Assembly (NCBI RefSeq): GCF_943193095.1
Contig: NZ_CALPCV010000006.1
Span: 39,145-63,144 of the forward strand
Source of the DNA: Parasutterella muris
GTDB taxonomy: Bacteria > Pseudomonadota > Gammaproteobacteria > Burkholderiales > Burkholderiaceae_F
Direction of reading: 5' to 3'
Length of the DNA: 24,000 nt
Shown: positions 8,483-16,415 of the stretch, one piece after another
Position numbering within the stretch: the stretch's first letter is position 1
Layout of the letters: each line of letters begins with the position of its first letter
Program-made: the position numbers and the translations under genes
The notes under the pieces: generated by a model
Told to the model about the DNA's origin: nothing
The model's database searches: none
What the model saw: only the letters and a program-made list of their open reading frames with translations

Positions 8483-9654
8483 AGTCGGTATTCGGAAATT
8501 TTCCCTTCACACGGGTATCCTGCGCTAATCCACAGAATACCCGAAGTCACGCCCATCACCATGGCGTAAACCGTGCAGTAGCGCTCTCCGCTCTGGCGAG
8601 GATCTTCGTGATAACAAACGGATTCCGGATAAAGTTCATGATCGCTCAGCAGTCGGAAAAGTCCTTTCATGCCGATCGGTCCCTTCATCTTGGAGAGCTG
8701 TCTCTGCACCCCGTTCAGCCGCGTATAGGTTGAGGAAATAAAACTCTTGGCAACGTCTTTAGGCGCAATCAGAGCGGACAGATAATGATTGGTGTGAACG
8801 AGCGCCTCGCCTTTACTCATGATCACATCAAATGCGTCCGGAGAAAATTCAACCTGCATCTCATAATTGCTGCGCGAAGCGATATTAAAGACTCCGGAAC
8901 CAGCCCTAGGAACAGCCGAAACCGCCTTTAGAGCTTCTGTCGGCAGGCTTGAATTCAGAATATTGCGCATCATCAGATGCAGCGGCATGCCGATTTTGCC
9001 TTTGCCGACGGAAGCGGCATTGAGACAGACGCCAAGACCCTCGGAATTCAGCCCCTTGCCTCCGACCAAACCGGCCTCGCAGACCATCAGAATCTCAGGG
9101 CGGCCTTCCTGCTCCACTTTCAGAATCACGGAGTTGGATCTTGCCTTTGCAAGCCAGTCCCAGGTTTGCCCCATGAACACATTGCCGCCTTCACCTAATT
9201 CAGCCGGAACCATAATGCAGGTACATGCGTCCGAGTTTGCAAACAAAACTTCGCTTCGGCAATTCAGCGTGAGAATGTCTTCAAAAGATTTTCCGCTTCC
9301 CTGCGCGATTCCCTTCATTTCCTCAATGGACTCAGGACTGTACTTTTGAATGACCGGTAAAAATTTTGCCGCCAGCGACTTCGCTTTCTCCCAGTCAATT
9401 CCTGCGGATGACTGAAAGACCGATGCATAAAACTTAATGTTTCTGTCTATCTGCTCAGCGGCACTTTGACCGTACGTGACGCCCCTCTGCAGCGCGGAAC
9501 CTTTCAATTCGATAAAAGGATAGAAGGGCTGCTTTTCAATTTCAGGCGAATGAATGTTAGGGACCGACAGCTCCGAGGCGACTTTCGCCTGCGCAGCAAA
9601 ACCACAGAAAGCGCTGCTGACAAGCGCGGCGATAAATTTTCTTCGGATGATCAT
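8479..9654 (-). CDS. Secreted peptidase C45 / acyl-CoA:6-aminopenicillanic-acid acyltransferase-like Ntn hydrolase
   Basis: 391-aa ORF with signal peptide [24 protein letters not shown]45-family landmarks are present: [17 protein letters not shown], a candidate nucleophile in DACTC, GQTWDW, VHTNHY and LSDHE...VCYHE. The substrate is unknown. Confidence 0.75.
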   Translation of the reverse strand: MIIRRKFIAALVSSAFCGFAAQAKVASELSVPNIHSPEIEKQPFYPFIELKGSALQRGVTYGQSAAEQIDRNIKFYASVFQSSAGIDWEKAKSLAAKFLPVIQKYSPESIEEMKGIAQGSGKSFEDILTLNCRSEVLFANSDACTCIMVPAELGEGGNVFMGQTWDWLAKARSNSVILKVEQEGRPEILMVCEAGLVGGKGLNSEGLGVCLNAASVGKGKIGMPLHLMMRNILNSSLPTEALKAVSAVPRAGSGVFNIASRSNYEMQVEFSPDAFDVIMSKGEALVHTNHYLSALIAPKDVAKSFISSTYTRLNGVQRQLSKMKGPIGMKGLFRLLSDHELYPESVCYHEDPRQSGERYCTVYAMVMGVTSGILWISAGYPCEGKISEYRL

Positions 9655-9741
9655 TTGTTCAAGTATTTGTAAGTTCGATCTTGGAATTATGACCGTTTAT
9701 TGCCCGAAATACCCGCCCGTCCGTAAATATTTTTAGCATAC

Positions 9742-9780
9742 AAAAAAAATCGGGACTCGACGTCCCGATTTATTTTGTTT
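9742..9780. terminator. Bidirectional rho-independent terminator, serving the orphan gene on the minus strand
   Basis: An A8 run is followed by ATCGGGAC-TCGAC-GTCCCGAT and then TTTATTTTGTTT. On the minus strand the hairpin is followed by T8, 10 nt after the stop codon of the orphan ORF. Confidence 0.7.
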
Positions 9781-9789
9781 GCAAGACTT

Positions 9790-10248
9790 TTACTTAGTCA
9801 GAAGTCTTGTCAGTTTGGTGATGCAGTCACGGCGCCAGAAGAGATGATTCTTGCGCACAGGCTCTCCGCCGAGGCTTTCGCAGTAAAGGTCCAAAGCTTT
9901 TTCAAGCGATTTCTTTGCTTCCGGGCCTTCAACTCCGAGAAGCTTGTTGATACGGTTGACCGCAATGACAGTCTTGTCATTGCTCTTGGTACCCGAGCCG
10001 TATGCAATCCATCTTGCAGGGATGAAATGCATCGCATCGTCCCAAATATACACAGCGAAATACTCGCCTCTCTTGACAATGTCCAGACGATCCTTCTTGC
10101 TGAGTTTTTCAAATGCGCGAATGTTCTTAACCAGAGCTTTGCGGCTGTCTGCGAGGTTCTTCTGATAACGGACGTTCTCACGTTCGAGAGTGTATTGCTT
10201 ATTCAATTTACGCCTCCGTATCTGACGATATATCTGTAATCCGTGCAT
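9790..10248 (-). CDS. Hypothetical protein with no family I can recognise; basic coiled-coil-like N-terminus and a mixed alpha/beta C-terminal part
   Basis: The ORF has natural-looking charged composition and is bracketed by intrinsic terminators on its own strand. The track start is the ATG at 10248, which has a poor Shine-Dalgarno. An in-frame TTG at 10206 is preceded by GGAGG (10217..10213) with a 6-nt spacer, which would give a 138-aa product starting MNKQYTLERENV. Confidence 0.6.
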   Translation of the reverse strand: MHGLQIYRQIRRRKLNKQYTLERENVRYQKNLADSRKALVKNIRAFEKLSKKDRLDIVKRGEYFAVYIWDDAMHFIPARWIAYGSGTKSNDKTVIAVNRINKLLGVEGPEAKKSLEKALDLYCESLGGEPVRKNHLFWRRDCITKLTRLLTK

Positions 10249-10315
10249 CCTAACGAACTTACACGATAATAAGTAATTACCCTGACCTTTTTGAGCACCT
10301 TTCCCGTTTTTCAGG

Positions 10316-10353
10316 CATAAGAAAAACCTCCGAACCCAATCTTGAGTCGGAGG
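10316..10353 (-). terminator. Rho-independent terminator after era
   Basis: On the minus strand, CCTCCGA-13 nt loop-TCGGAGG is followed by TTTTTCTTAT. It begins 26 nt after the era stop codon. Confidence 0.7.
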
Positions 10354-10355
10354 CT

Positions 10356-10364
10356 TAATGTCCT
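10356..10364. repeat. Right copy of the exact 9-bp direct repeat TAATGTCCT bounding the era-recO insert
   Basis: Read directly from the sequence. It lies 14 nt downstream of the era stop codon and immediately before the era terminator hairpin. Confidence 0.6.
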
Positions 10365-10378
10365 AAAAAGCTTACAGA

Positions 10379-11296
10379 TTACTGACCATAGCCGAGGGAC
10401 TTGAGAACACCGGCATCGTCGCCCCAGCCCTTGCGAACTCGAACCCAGACTTCCAGATAAACTTTCTTGCCAAGCATTTCTTCAATATCTTCGCGCGCCA
10501 GTCTGGAAATTTCACGAAGTTTCGCGCCTTTTTCGCCGATCACGATGCCTTTATGGCTTTCGCGGTTAACGATCAGTGTCGCAAAGATTCGCGCAAGCTT
10601 GTCGGTTTCTTCCCACTTATCGATCATGACGGCGACACCGTACGGCAGCTCATCGCCCAAGAGGCGGAAAGCCTTCTCACGAATAATTTCCGCAGCCAGG
10701 AAGCGCGGAGATTTATCCGTATAAATGTCGTCTTCAAACAGTTTGTCGCCTTCCGGAAGGAACTTTCTGATCACTTCAAGAAGTACCTTGAGCTGACGAC
10801 CCTTCTCTGCGCTCACAGGGACGACTTCGGCAAACGGGAACTTCTGCATCGACTCGGTAATGAGAGGAAGCATCGCCTCGCTTTCCTTAACTTCATCGGT
10901 CTTGTTGATCGCAAGAATGACATTCTTTGCTTCTTTTGAAAGAAGCGAGAGAACCGTCAGGTCTTCGGGACGCCAGCCGGTCGCTTCAATGACGAGAACC
11001 ACCGCATCAACGTCCGCAAGGCTCGATTTAACTGACTGATTCATTCTGGACAAAAGTTCAGAAGAATGTTTCGTTTGGAAACCCGGTGTGTCCACAAAGA
11101 TATACTGGGTGTCGTCGGTGGTTAATACACCCATGATGCGGTCTCGTGTGGTCTGTGGCTTCTTGCTCGTGATGCTGACCTTCTCGCCGACAAGTGCGTT
11201 GATCAGTGTGCTCTTGCCGACGTTCGGACGGCCGATCACGGCAACATATCCGCTGCGGAATTCTTTAGTTTCTTCTGTAACTGTGTTTTCTGTCAT
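10379..11296 (-). CDS. era: GTPase Era
   Basis: 305-aa ORF with G1 GRPNVGKST, G3 DTPG and G4 NKTD motifs. The C-terminal KH domain contains VNRESHKGIVIGEKGAKL. Confidence 0.95.
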   Translation of the reverse strand: MTENTVTEETKEFRSGYVAVIGRPNVGKSTLINALVGEKVSITSKKPQTTRDRIMGVLTTDDTQYIFVDTPGFQTKHSSELLSRMNQSVKSSLADVDAVVLVIEATGWRPEDLTVLSLLSKEAKNVILAINKTDEVKESEAMLPLITESMQKFPFAEVVPVSAEKGRQLKVLLEVIRKFLPEGDKLFEDDIYTDKSPRFLAAEIIREKAFRLLGDELPYGVAVMIDKWEETDKLARIFATLIVNRESHKGIVIGEKGAKLREISRLAREDIEEMLGKKVYLEVWVRVRKGWGDDAGVLKSLGYGQ

Positions 11297-11299
11297 AAC

Positions 11300-11986
11300 T
11301 TAGCCTTTCAATTTCTTAACGGCTTCGCTGTCCAGAGCTTTCTGCGCGGCTTCCTGTTCCGCCTGTCTGCGGGAACGGCCGACGCCTTGAAGGTTAATGT
11401 CCAGTTTCGGAACGCTCACGCTCACCAGGAACTCCTGATCGTGCGGCAGTCCGCGAACCTCCAGTACTTCATACACCGGCAGACCGTAATGATGGCCCTG
11501 CAGTACTTCCTGCAGGCGGGTCTTCGGGTCTTTGCCCAGCGTATCCGGCGTCAGCTTGCTCAGCATCGGCTCATATAAGCGAATGATGACAGTTTGCGCC
11601 GATTCGAAGCCGGAGTCGGTGAAAACCGCCCCAAATATGGCTTCTACTGCATCCGCAATAGTTGACGGACGACGATTTCCTCCAGTATGCAGCTCACCCT
11701 CGCCAACGCGAAGGAATTCGGAAATACCGATGCGTTCTGCGATTTCCGCAAGGGCGGACTGTTTGACAAGGTTGCTGCGAACGCGTGAAAGAGAACCCTC
11801 GTCAAAATGCTTGTCCTTCAAAAATAAGGCGTTGCCGATGACGCAGTTCAGCACGGAGTCTCCGAGAAACTCCAAACGCTCGTTGTTTTCCGAAGAAAAA
11901 GAGCGGTGTGTCATCGCGCGCTTCAAAAGCGATTCGTTTTTGAACTTATAACCGATTCTATTTTCAAGTTCACTGAGAGGCAGCAT
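11300..11986 (-). CDS. rnc: Ribonuclease III
   Basis: 228-aa ORF with the RNase III signature ERLEFLGDSVL and a C-terminal dsRBD (GVGRSRRQAEQEAAQKAL). An AGGAG Shine-Dalgarno is present. The stop codon lies 3 nt before the era start. Confidence 0.95.
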   Translation of the reverse strand: MLPLSELENRIGYKFKNESLLKRAMTHRSFSSENNERLEFLGDSVLNCVIGNALFLKDKHFDEGSLSRVRSNLVKQSALAEIAERIGISEFLRVGEGELHTGGNRRPSTIADAVEAIFGAVFTDSGFESAQTVIIRLYEPMLSKLTPDTLGKDPKTRLQEVLQGHHYGLPVYEVLEVRGLPHDQEFLVSVSVPKLDINLQGVGRSRRQAEQEAAQKALDSEAVKKLKG

Positions 11987-11994
11987 ATTTGCTC

Positions 11995-12885
11995 CTAGTC
12001 AAAGAAACCGATGCGGCTCGGCTTCGAAAGATTCATCCAAATCATATTGGCCCGTCCGACTAAATTTTTCTCCGGCACAAAACCCCAGTAGCGGCTGTCT
12101 TCGGAGTTGTCGCGGTTATCACCAAGGACGAAATATGTGTCCTTGGGCACGGTGCAGATCAATCCGCCTCTCACGTAATCACAAGCGTCGGGGTTGTTGT
12201 GAATCGGAAGCGGATAAGCGCCGGCAGGGGCCGCGCGATTGTTGAGAATACGGTGATCCTTCTTACCGAGCTGCTCGACAAACTGATCAAGCTCCTGCAT
12301 CTTGGCTTCATCGTAATACTTACCGTCAGCGGTGACGGGCACAGGCTTCCCATTAATGGTCAGCCGCTTGTTGATGTATTCAATCTTGTCGCCAGGCAAA
12401 CCGACAACACGCTTGATGTAGTCAATTTTTTCATCCGCGGGATAACGGAAGACAATCACATCGCCTCTTTCAGGCTCACCGATCGAAACAATCTTGGTGT
12501 TCAGCACCGGCAGACGCAGACCGTAGTTATATTTGTTCACTAAAATCATGTCGCCGCTTTCAAGCGTCGGCATCATAGATCCGCTCGGGATTCTGAAAGG
12601 CTCAAAAATGAATGAGCGCAGAATGAAAATAAAGAAAATTACCGGAAAGAAACCGGCAGTATATTCAAGCCACTTGGGACGCTCATTCATGCGCGTGACC
12701 ATCGCAGAGCGAGCTGCCACCACGGACTGTACGCCTCTGCGCAGCGCATCTTCGTTGCTTCTGTCGAACTGCTGCAGTTCATCAGACATGACTTTGACGC
12801 GTTTAGGTTTCCAGACAAATACATCAAGAACCCACAGCACGCCTGTAAAAACGGTCAGGAGGAAAAGAATGAGAGAAAAAGTCAT
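11995..12885 (-). CDS. lepB: Signal peptidase I
   Basis: 296-aa ORF with an N-terminal TM helix. The catalytic Ser box is IPSGSMMPTL and the Lys box is YIKRVVGLPGD. A GDNRDNSEDSRYWGFVP box is also present. Confidence 0.95.
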   Translation of the reverse strand: MTFSLILFLLTVFTGVLWVLDVFVWKPKRVKVMSDELQQFDRSNEDALRRGVQSVVAARSAMVTRMNERPKWLEYTAGFFPVIFFIFILRSFIFEPFRIPSGSMMPTLESGDMILVNKYNYGLRLPVLNTKIVSIGEPERGDVIVFRYPADEKIDYIKRVVGLPGDKIEYINKRLTINGKPVPVTADGKYYDEAKMQELDQFVEQLGKKDHRILNNRAAPAGAYPLPIHNNPDACDYVRGGLICTVPKDTYFVLGDNRDNSEDSRYWGFVPEKNLVGRANMIWMNLSKPSRIGFFD

Positions 12886-12906
12886 AGTGATGCTCCTCGA
12901 TGAGGG

Positions 12907-14700
12907 TTATTTGTCGTCTTGCTGAAGAATTGCAAGGAAGGCTTCCTGCGGAATCTCGACGGTACCGACCTGCTTCATGCGTTTCTTACCAGCTTTCTGT
13001 TTTTCCAGCAGTTTGCGTTTACGCGTAATGTCACCGCCGTAACACTTGGCAAGCACGTTCTTACGAAGCGCTTTCACGTTTTCACGCGCGATAATGTTTG
13101 CGCCGATGGCCGCTTGAATGGCGACGTCATACATCTGTCTCGGAATAATGCCGCGCATCTTGGAAACAATTTCACGGCCGCGGGAAACCGAGTTGGCTCG
13201 GTGCACAATGCTTGAGAGCGCGTCCACCTTATCACCGTTAATCATGATATCGATCTTGACGACATCAGAGGCTCTGTACTCTTTGAACTCGTAATCCATA
13301 GAAGCATAGCCGCGGGTCAGTGACTTAAGCTTGTCGAAGAAGTCCAAAACGATTTCCGCGAGCGGAAGGTCATAATGCAGATGCACTTGTCTGCCGTGAT
13401 AGGCGAGGTTCGTCTGAATACCGCGCTTCTGGTTGCAGAGCGTCATGACCGCGCCGACATACTCGTCCGGCACAAAAATAGTCACTGAATCGATAGGTTC
13501 GCGGATTTCCGCGATCTTATCCACCGGCGGCAACTTTGAAGGATTCTCAACATGGATAACATCGCCGTTGCGCAGCAGTACTTCGTAGACCACGCTCGGC
13601 GCGGTCGTAATCAAATCCATGTTGTATTCGCGCTCGAGACGCTCCTGCACAATATCCATGTGCAGCAGCCCGAGAAAGCCCGCTCTGAAACCGAAACCGA
13701 GCGCCTGAGAAACTTCCGGTTCAAAGTGCAGAGCCGCGTCGTTAAGCTGCAGCTTCGTGAGCGCATCGCGAAGCGCTTCGTACTGGTTTGATTCCACCGG
13801 GTAAAGGCCCGCAAACACCTGACTCTTAACTTCCTTAAAGCCGGGAAGCGGCTCCGAAGCCGGATTCTGAGCGCTTGTGACCGTATCACCGACTCGGGCG
13901 TCTTTCAATTCTTTGATTCCGGAAATCACAAAGCCCACCTGCCCTGCGCTGAGCTCGGTCTTCGTCTGAGATTTCGGTGTAAAGATGCCGACCTGTTCAA
14001 CCAAATGGTTTGCACCGGTCGCCATCAGACGGATCTTATCTTTCGGATGAAGTGTTCCGTTCACAACACGCACCAGCATCACAACGCCGACATAGTTATC
14101 GAACCAGGAGTCGATAATTAGCGCCTGCAGCGGCGCTTTCGGGTCGCCCTTAGGCGCAGGGACACGCTCCACAATGCGTTCAAGAATTTCATCGATGCCA
14201 AGACCGGTCTTGGCAGAGGCTTCAACCGCGTCCGTCGCGTCAATTCCGATGACTTCTTCGATTTCTTCACGGGCTTCATCAGGATTTGCGCTCTGAAGAT
14301 CCATCTTATTGAGAATCGGAAGCACTTCGACGCCGAGCTCAATGGCGGTATAGCAGTTGGCAACTGTCTGAGCTTCCACACCCTGCGTGGCGTCCACAAC
14401 AAGCAACGCACCTTCGCAGGCTGAAAGCGAACGGCTGACTTCGTAGCTGAAGTCAACGTGTCCCGGGGTATCAATAAGATTTAATAAGTACGTTTGGCCG
14501 TCTTTAGCCTTGTAATTGAGAGAGGCGGTCTGAGCCTTAATAGTAATGCCGCGCTCTTTTTCCAGATCCATGGAGTCCAGGACCTGAGATTCCATCTCTC
14601 GCTCGGAAAGACCGCCGCAGCGCTGAATCAAGCGATCAGCGAGCGTGGATTTGCCGTGGTCGATATGAGCGATAATAGAAAAGTTTCTGATCTGCTTCAT
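12907..14700 (-). CDS. lepA: Translation elongation factor 4 (LepA)
   Basis: 597-aa ORF. GTPase motifs [14 protein letters not shown] and NKMD are present, along with the LepA-specific C-terminal domain. Confidence 0.97.
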   Translation of the reverse strand: MKQIRNFSIIAHIDHGKSTLADRLIQRCGGLSEREMESQVLDSMDLEKERGITIKAQTASLNYKAKDGQTYLLNLIDTPGHVDFSYEVSRSLSACEGALLVVDATQGVEAQTVANCYTAIELGVEVLPILNKMDLQSANPDEAREEIEEVIGIDATDAVEASAKTGLGIDEILERIVERVPAPKGDPKAPLQALIIDSWFDNYVGVVMLVRVVNGTLHPKDKIRLMATGANHLVEQVGIFTPKSQTKTELSAGQVGFVISGIKELKDARVGDTVTSAQNPASEPLPGFKEVKSQVFAGLYPVESNQYEALRDALTKLQLNDAALHFEPEVSQALGFGFRAGFLGLLHMDIVQERLEREYNMDLITTAPSVVYEVLLRNGDVIHVENPSKLPPVDKIAEIREPIDSVTIFVPDEYVGAVMTLCNQKRGIQTNLAYHGRQVHLHYDLPLAEIVLDFFDKLKSLTRGYASMDYEFKEYRASDVVKIDIMINGDKVDALSSIVHRANSVSRGREIVSKMRGIIPRQMYDVAIQAAIGANIIARENVKALRKNVLAKCYGGDITRKRKLLEKQKAGKKRMKQVGTVEIPQEAFLAILQQDDK

Positions 14701-14724
14701 ACATTCCTAAATGGATGTTTGCTT

Positions 14725-14762
14725 GTCCGCATCCATCAGAATTGTTTCGAATGGATGCGGAC
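14725..14762. promoter_or_regulatory. Perfect 12-bp inverted repeat (GTCCGCATCCAT-14 nt-ATGGATGCGGAC) in the lepA upstream region
   Basis: Read directly from the sequence. It lies between the fabF terminator and the lepA ATG. A third copy of the 7-mer ATGGATG sits at 14711-14717, next to the lepA Shine-Dalgarno, and allows an alternative pairing on the minus-strand transcript. No T-tract follows the stem on either strand, so it is not a canonical terminator. Confidence 0.4.
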
Positions 14763-14771
14763 AAGGCGGTT

Positions 14772-14806
14772 CAAAAAAACATAAAGGGGGCGCTTGCGCG
14801 ACCCCT
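14772..14806 (-). terminator. Rho-independent terminator of fabF
   Basis: On the minus strand, AGGGG-T-CGC GCAA GCG-C-CCCCT is followed by TTATGTTTTTTTG. It starts 24 nt after the fabF stop codon. Confidence 0.6.
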
Positions 14807-14829
14807 GCTGCTGTTCAGTCGGATTGAGA

Positions 14830-16056
14830 TCAAACCTGACCGAAAACAAGAGAACCGTTGGTTCCGCCGAAACCGAACGAGTTCTTCATCGCGTAGCGTA
14901 TTCGCATTTTGCGCGCTTCGTTCGCACAATAATCCAAATCACACTCCGGATCTTGTTGAAAAATGTTAATGGTCGGCGGTGAAACTTGGTTTTTCAGAGC
15001 CAGAACGGTAAACACGGACTCGATACCGCCGGCGCCTCCGAGAAGGTGACCCGTCATAGACTTCGTGGAATTAACCACCAAATCCTTGGCCGCGTCGCCA
15101 AAAGCGAGCTTAATCGCCTTGGTCTCATTGATATCGCCAACGTGCGTACTGGTTCCGTGCGCGTTCAGGTACTGAACATCGGAAGCGTTGATTCCCGCCT
15201 GTCTGAGGGCAGCCTGCATACAGCGCATCGGACCTTCCGCACTCGGCGTCGTGATGTGATGCGCGTCTGCAGAAAGACCGTAGCCAACCACTTCGGCGTA
15301 GATCTTCGCTCCGCGTTTTTTCGCGTGCTCGTACTCTTCAAGCACCAGCACACCGGCGCCCTCGCCCAAGACAAATCCGTCTCGGTCCTTGTCAAAGGGA
15401 CGGGACGCGGTCTGCGGATCGTCATTGCGGCGGGAAAGCGCGTGCATGGAGTCAAAGCCTCCGAGACCGAGCGGGCAGACACCGGCTTCAGCGCCGCCGG
15501 CGACCATCACATCCGCGTCACCGCGGCGGATGAGCCAGACGGACTCGCCGATACTGTGCAGACCGGTCGTGCAGGCCGTCGAATAGGCAAGACTCGGTCC
15601 CTTGAGATTGCGCATAATGGAAACCTGACCGGCAACCATATTGGCGATACTGCCCGGAATCAGGAACGGCGAAATTCGACGAGGTCCTTTTTCCAGATAG
15701 GAACCGTTGTTGACGCAGATTGTTTCCAATCCGCCGATTCCGCTGCCGACAGCGCAGCCCGCTCTCACCGCGGTTTCTTCATCAATCTGAAGTCCGCTGT
15801 CATCCAGAGCCTGAAGAGAAGCCGCCACTCCGTACTGAATAAAGCGGTCAAAACGACGCGCTTCTTTCGCCGGAAGATACTTCTCCACTTCAAAATTCTT
15901 GACTTCACCGGCGATGCGGGAGCCGAAAGCGGACGCATCAAAGTGCGTCACCGCAACGATGCCGGATTTACCCGCCAGCGCATTCTCCCAACTCTCCTCT
16001 ACCGTGTTGCCAATCGGGCTGATCATGCCCAAGCCGGTAATGACTACTCGACGCAT
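14830..16056 (-). CDS. fabF: 3-oxoacyl-ACP synthase II
   Basis: 408-aa ORF beginning MRRVVITGLG. The active-site Cys lies in the STACTTG context and the His residues in HGTST and GHLLGGAG. Confidence 0.95.
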   Translation of the reverse strand: MRRVVITGLGMISPIGNTVEESWENALAGKSGIVAVTHFDASAFGSRIAGEVKNFEVEKYLPAKEARRFDRFIQYGVAASLQALDDSGLQIDEETAVRAGCAVGSGIGGLETICVNNGSYLEKGPRRISPFLIPGSIANMVAGQVSIMRNLKGPSLAYSTACTTGLHSIGESVWLIRRGDADVMVAGGAEAGVCPLGLGGFDSMHALSRRNDDPQTASRPFDKDRDGFVLGEGAGVLVLEEYEHAKKRGAKIYAEVVGYGLSADAHHITTPSAEGPMRCMQAALRQAGINASDVQYLNAHGTSTHVGDINETKAIKLAFGDAAKDLVVNSTKSMTGHLLGGAGGIESVFTVLALKNQVSPPTINIFQQDPECDLDYCANEARKMRIRYAMKNSFGFGGTNGSLVFGQV

Positions 16057-16081
16057 TAATTGCTCCGTTAATGCTTAAAAA

Positions 16082-16321
16082 TTAGGCCTTCTGATTGGCT
16101 TTGATGAAGTCGATAGCCTGCTGAACAGTCTGAATCTTTTCCTGCTGATCGTCAGGGATTTCAATGCCAAAAGCGTCTTCAAGAGCCATAACGAGCTCAA
16201 CTGTGTCCAGAGAGTCGGCACCCAGATCGCCAATGAAGGAGCTTTCATTCTTGATGTCTGCTTCGTTGATGCTGAGCTGTTCGGCAACTACTTTCTTAAC
16301 TTGCTGTTCGATATTGTCCAT
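16082..16321 (-). CDS. acpP: Acyl carrier protein
   Basis: 79-aa ORF with the phosphopantetheine attachment motif [16 protein letters not shown]. Confidence 0.97.
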   Translation of the reverse strand: MDNIEQQVKKVVAEQLSINEADIKNESSFIGDLGADSLDTVELVMALEDAFGIEIPDDQQEKIQTVQQAIDFIKANQKA

Positions 16322-16369
16322 TTGTAACCTCTTAAAAAAATATGTACTGCATAATTAGGCTAATCTCGA

Positions 16370-16396
16370 ATTATATCCGAGCCGCCGATGTTTAAA
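16370..16396 (-). promoter_or_regulatory. Candidate sigma70 promoter for acpP
   Basis: On the minus strand, TTTAAA-15 nt-TATAAT has a perfect -10 hexamer, about 50 nt upstream of the acpP ATG. The spacer is short and the -35 is weak, so this is tentative. Confidence 0.3.
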
Positions 16397-16415
16397 CTAG
16401 CCAAAAAAGGCGGAT

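Noticed and set aside
9775-10239. 154-aa plus-strand ORF coextensive with the orphan gene
   Set aside because: It starts at a TTG inside the terminator T-tract with no Shine-Dalgarno. No terminator follows it on the plus strand. Its composition (Leu/Ser/Phe/Cys-rich) looks antisense. The minus-strand frame has a GGAGG Shine-Dalgarno and a T8 terminator.
14986-16059. 357-aa ORF on the plus strand
   Set aside because: It is exactly antisense to fabF, which has unmistakable KAS II motifs. The translation is Arg/Ala/Gly/Ser-rich low-complexity sequence, typical of a shadow ORF in a GC-rich coding region.
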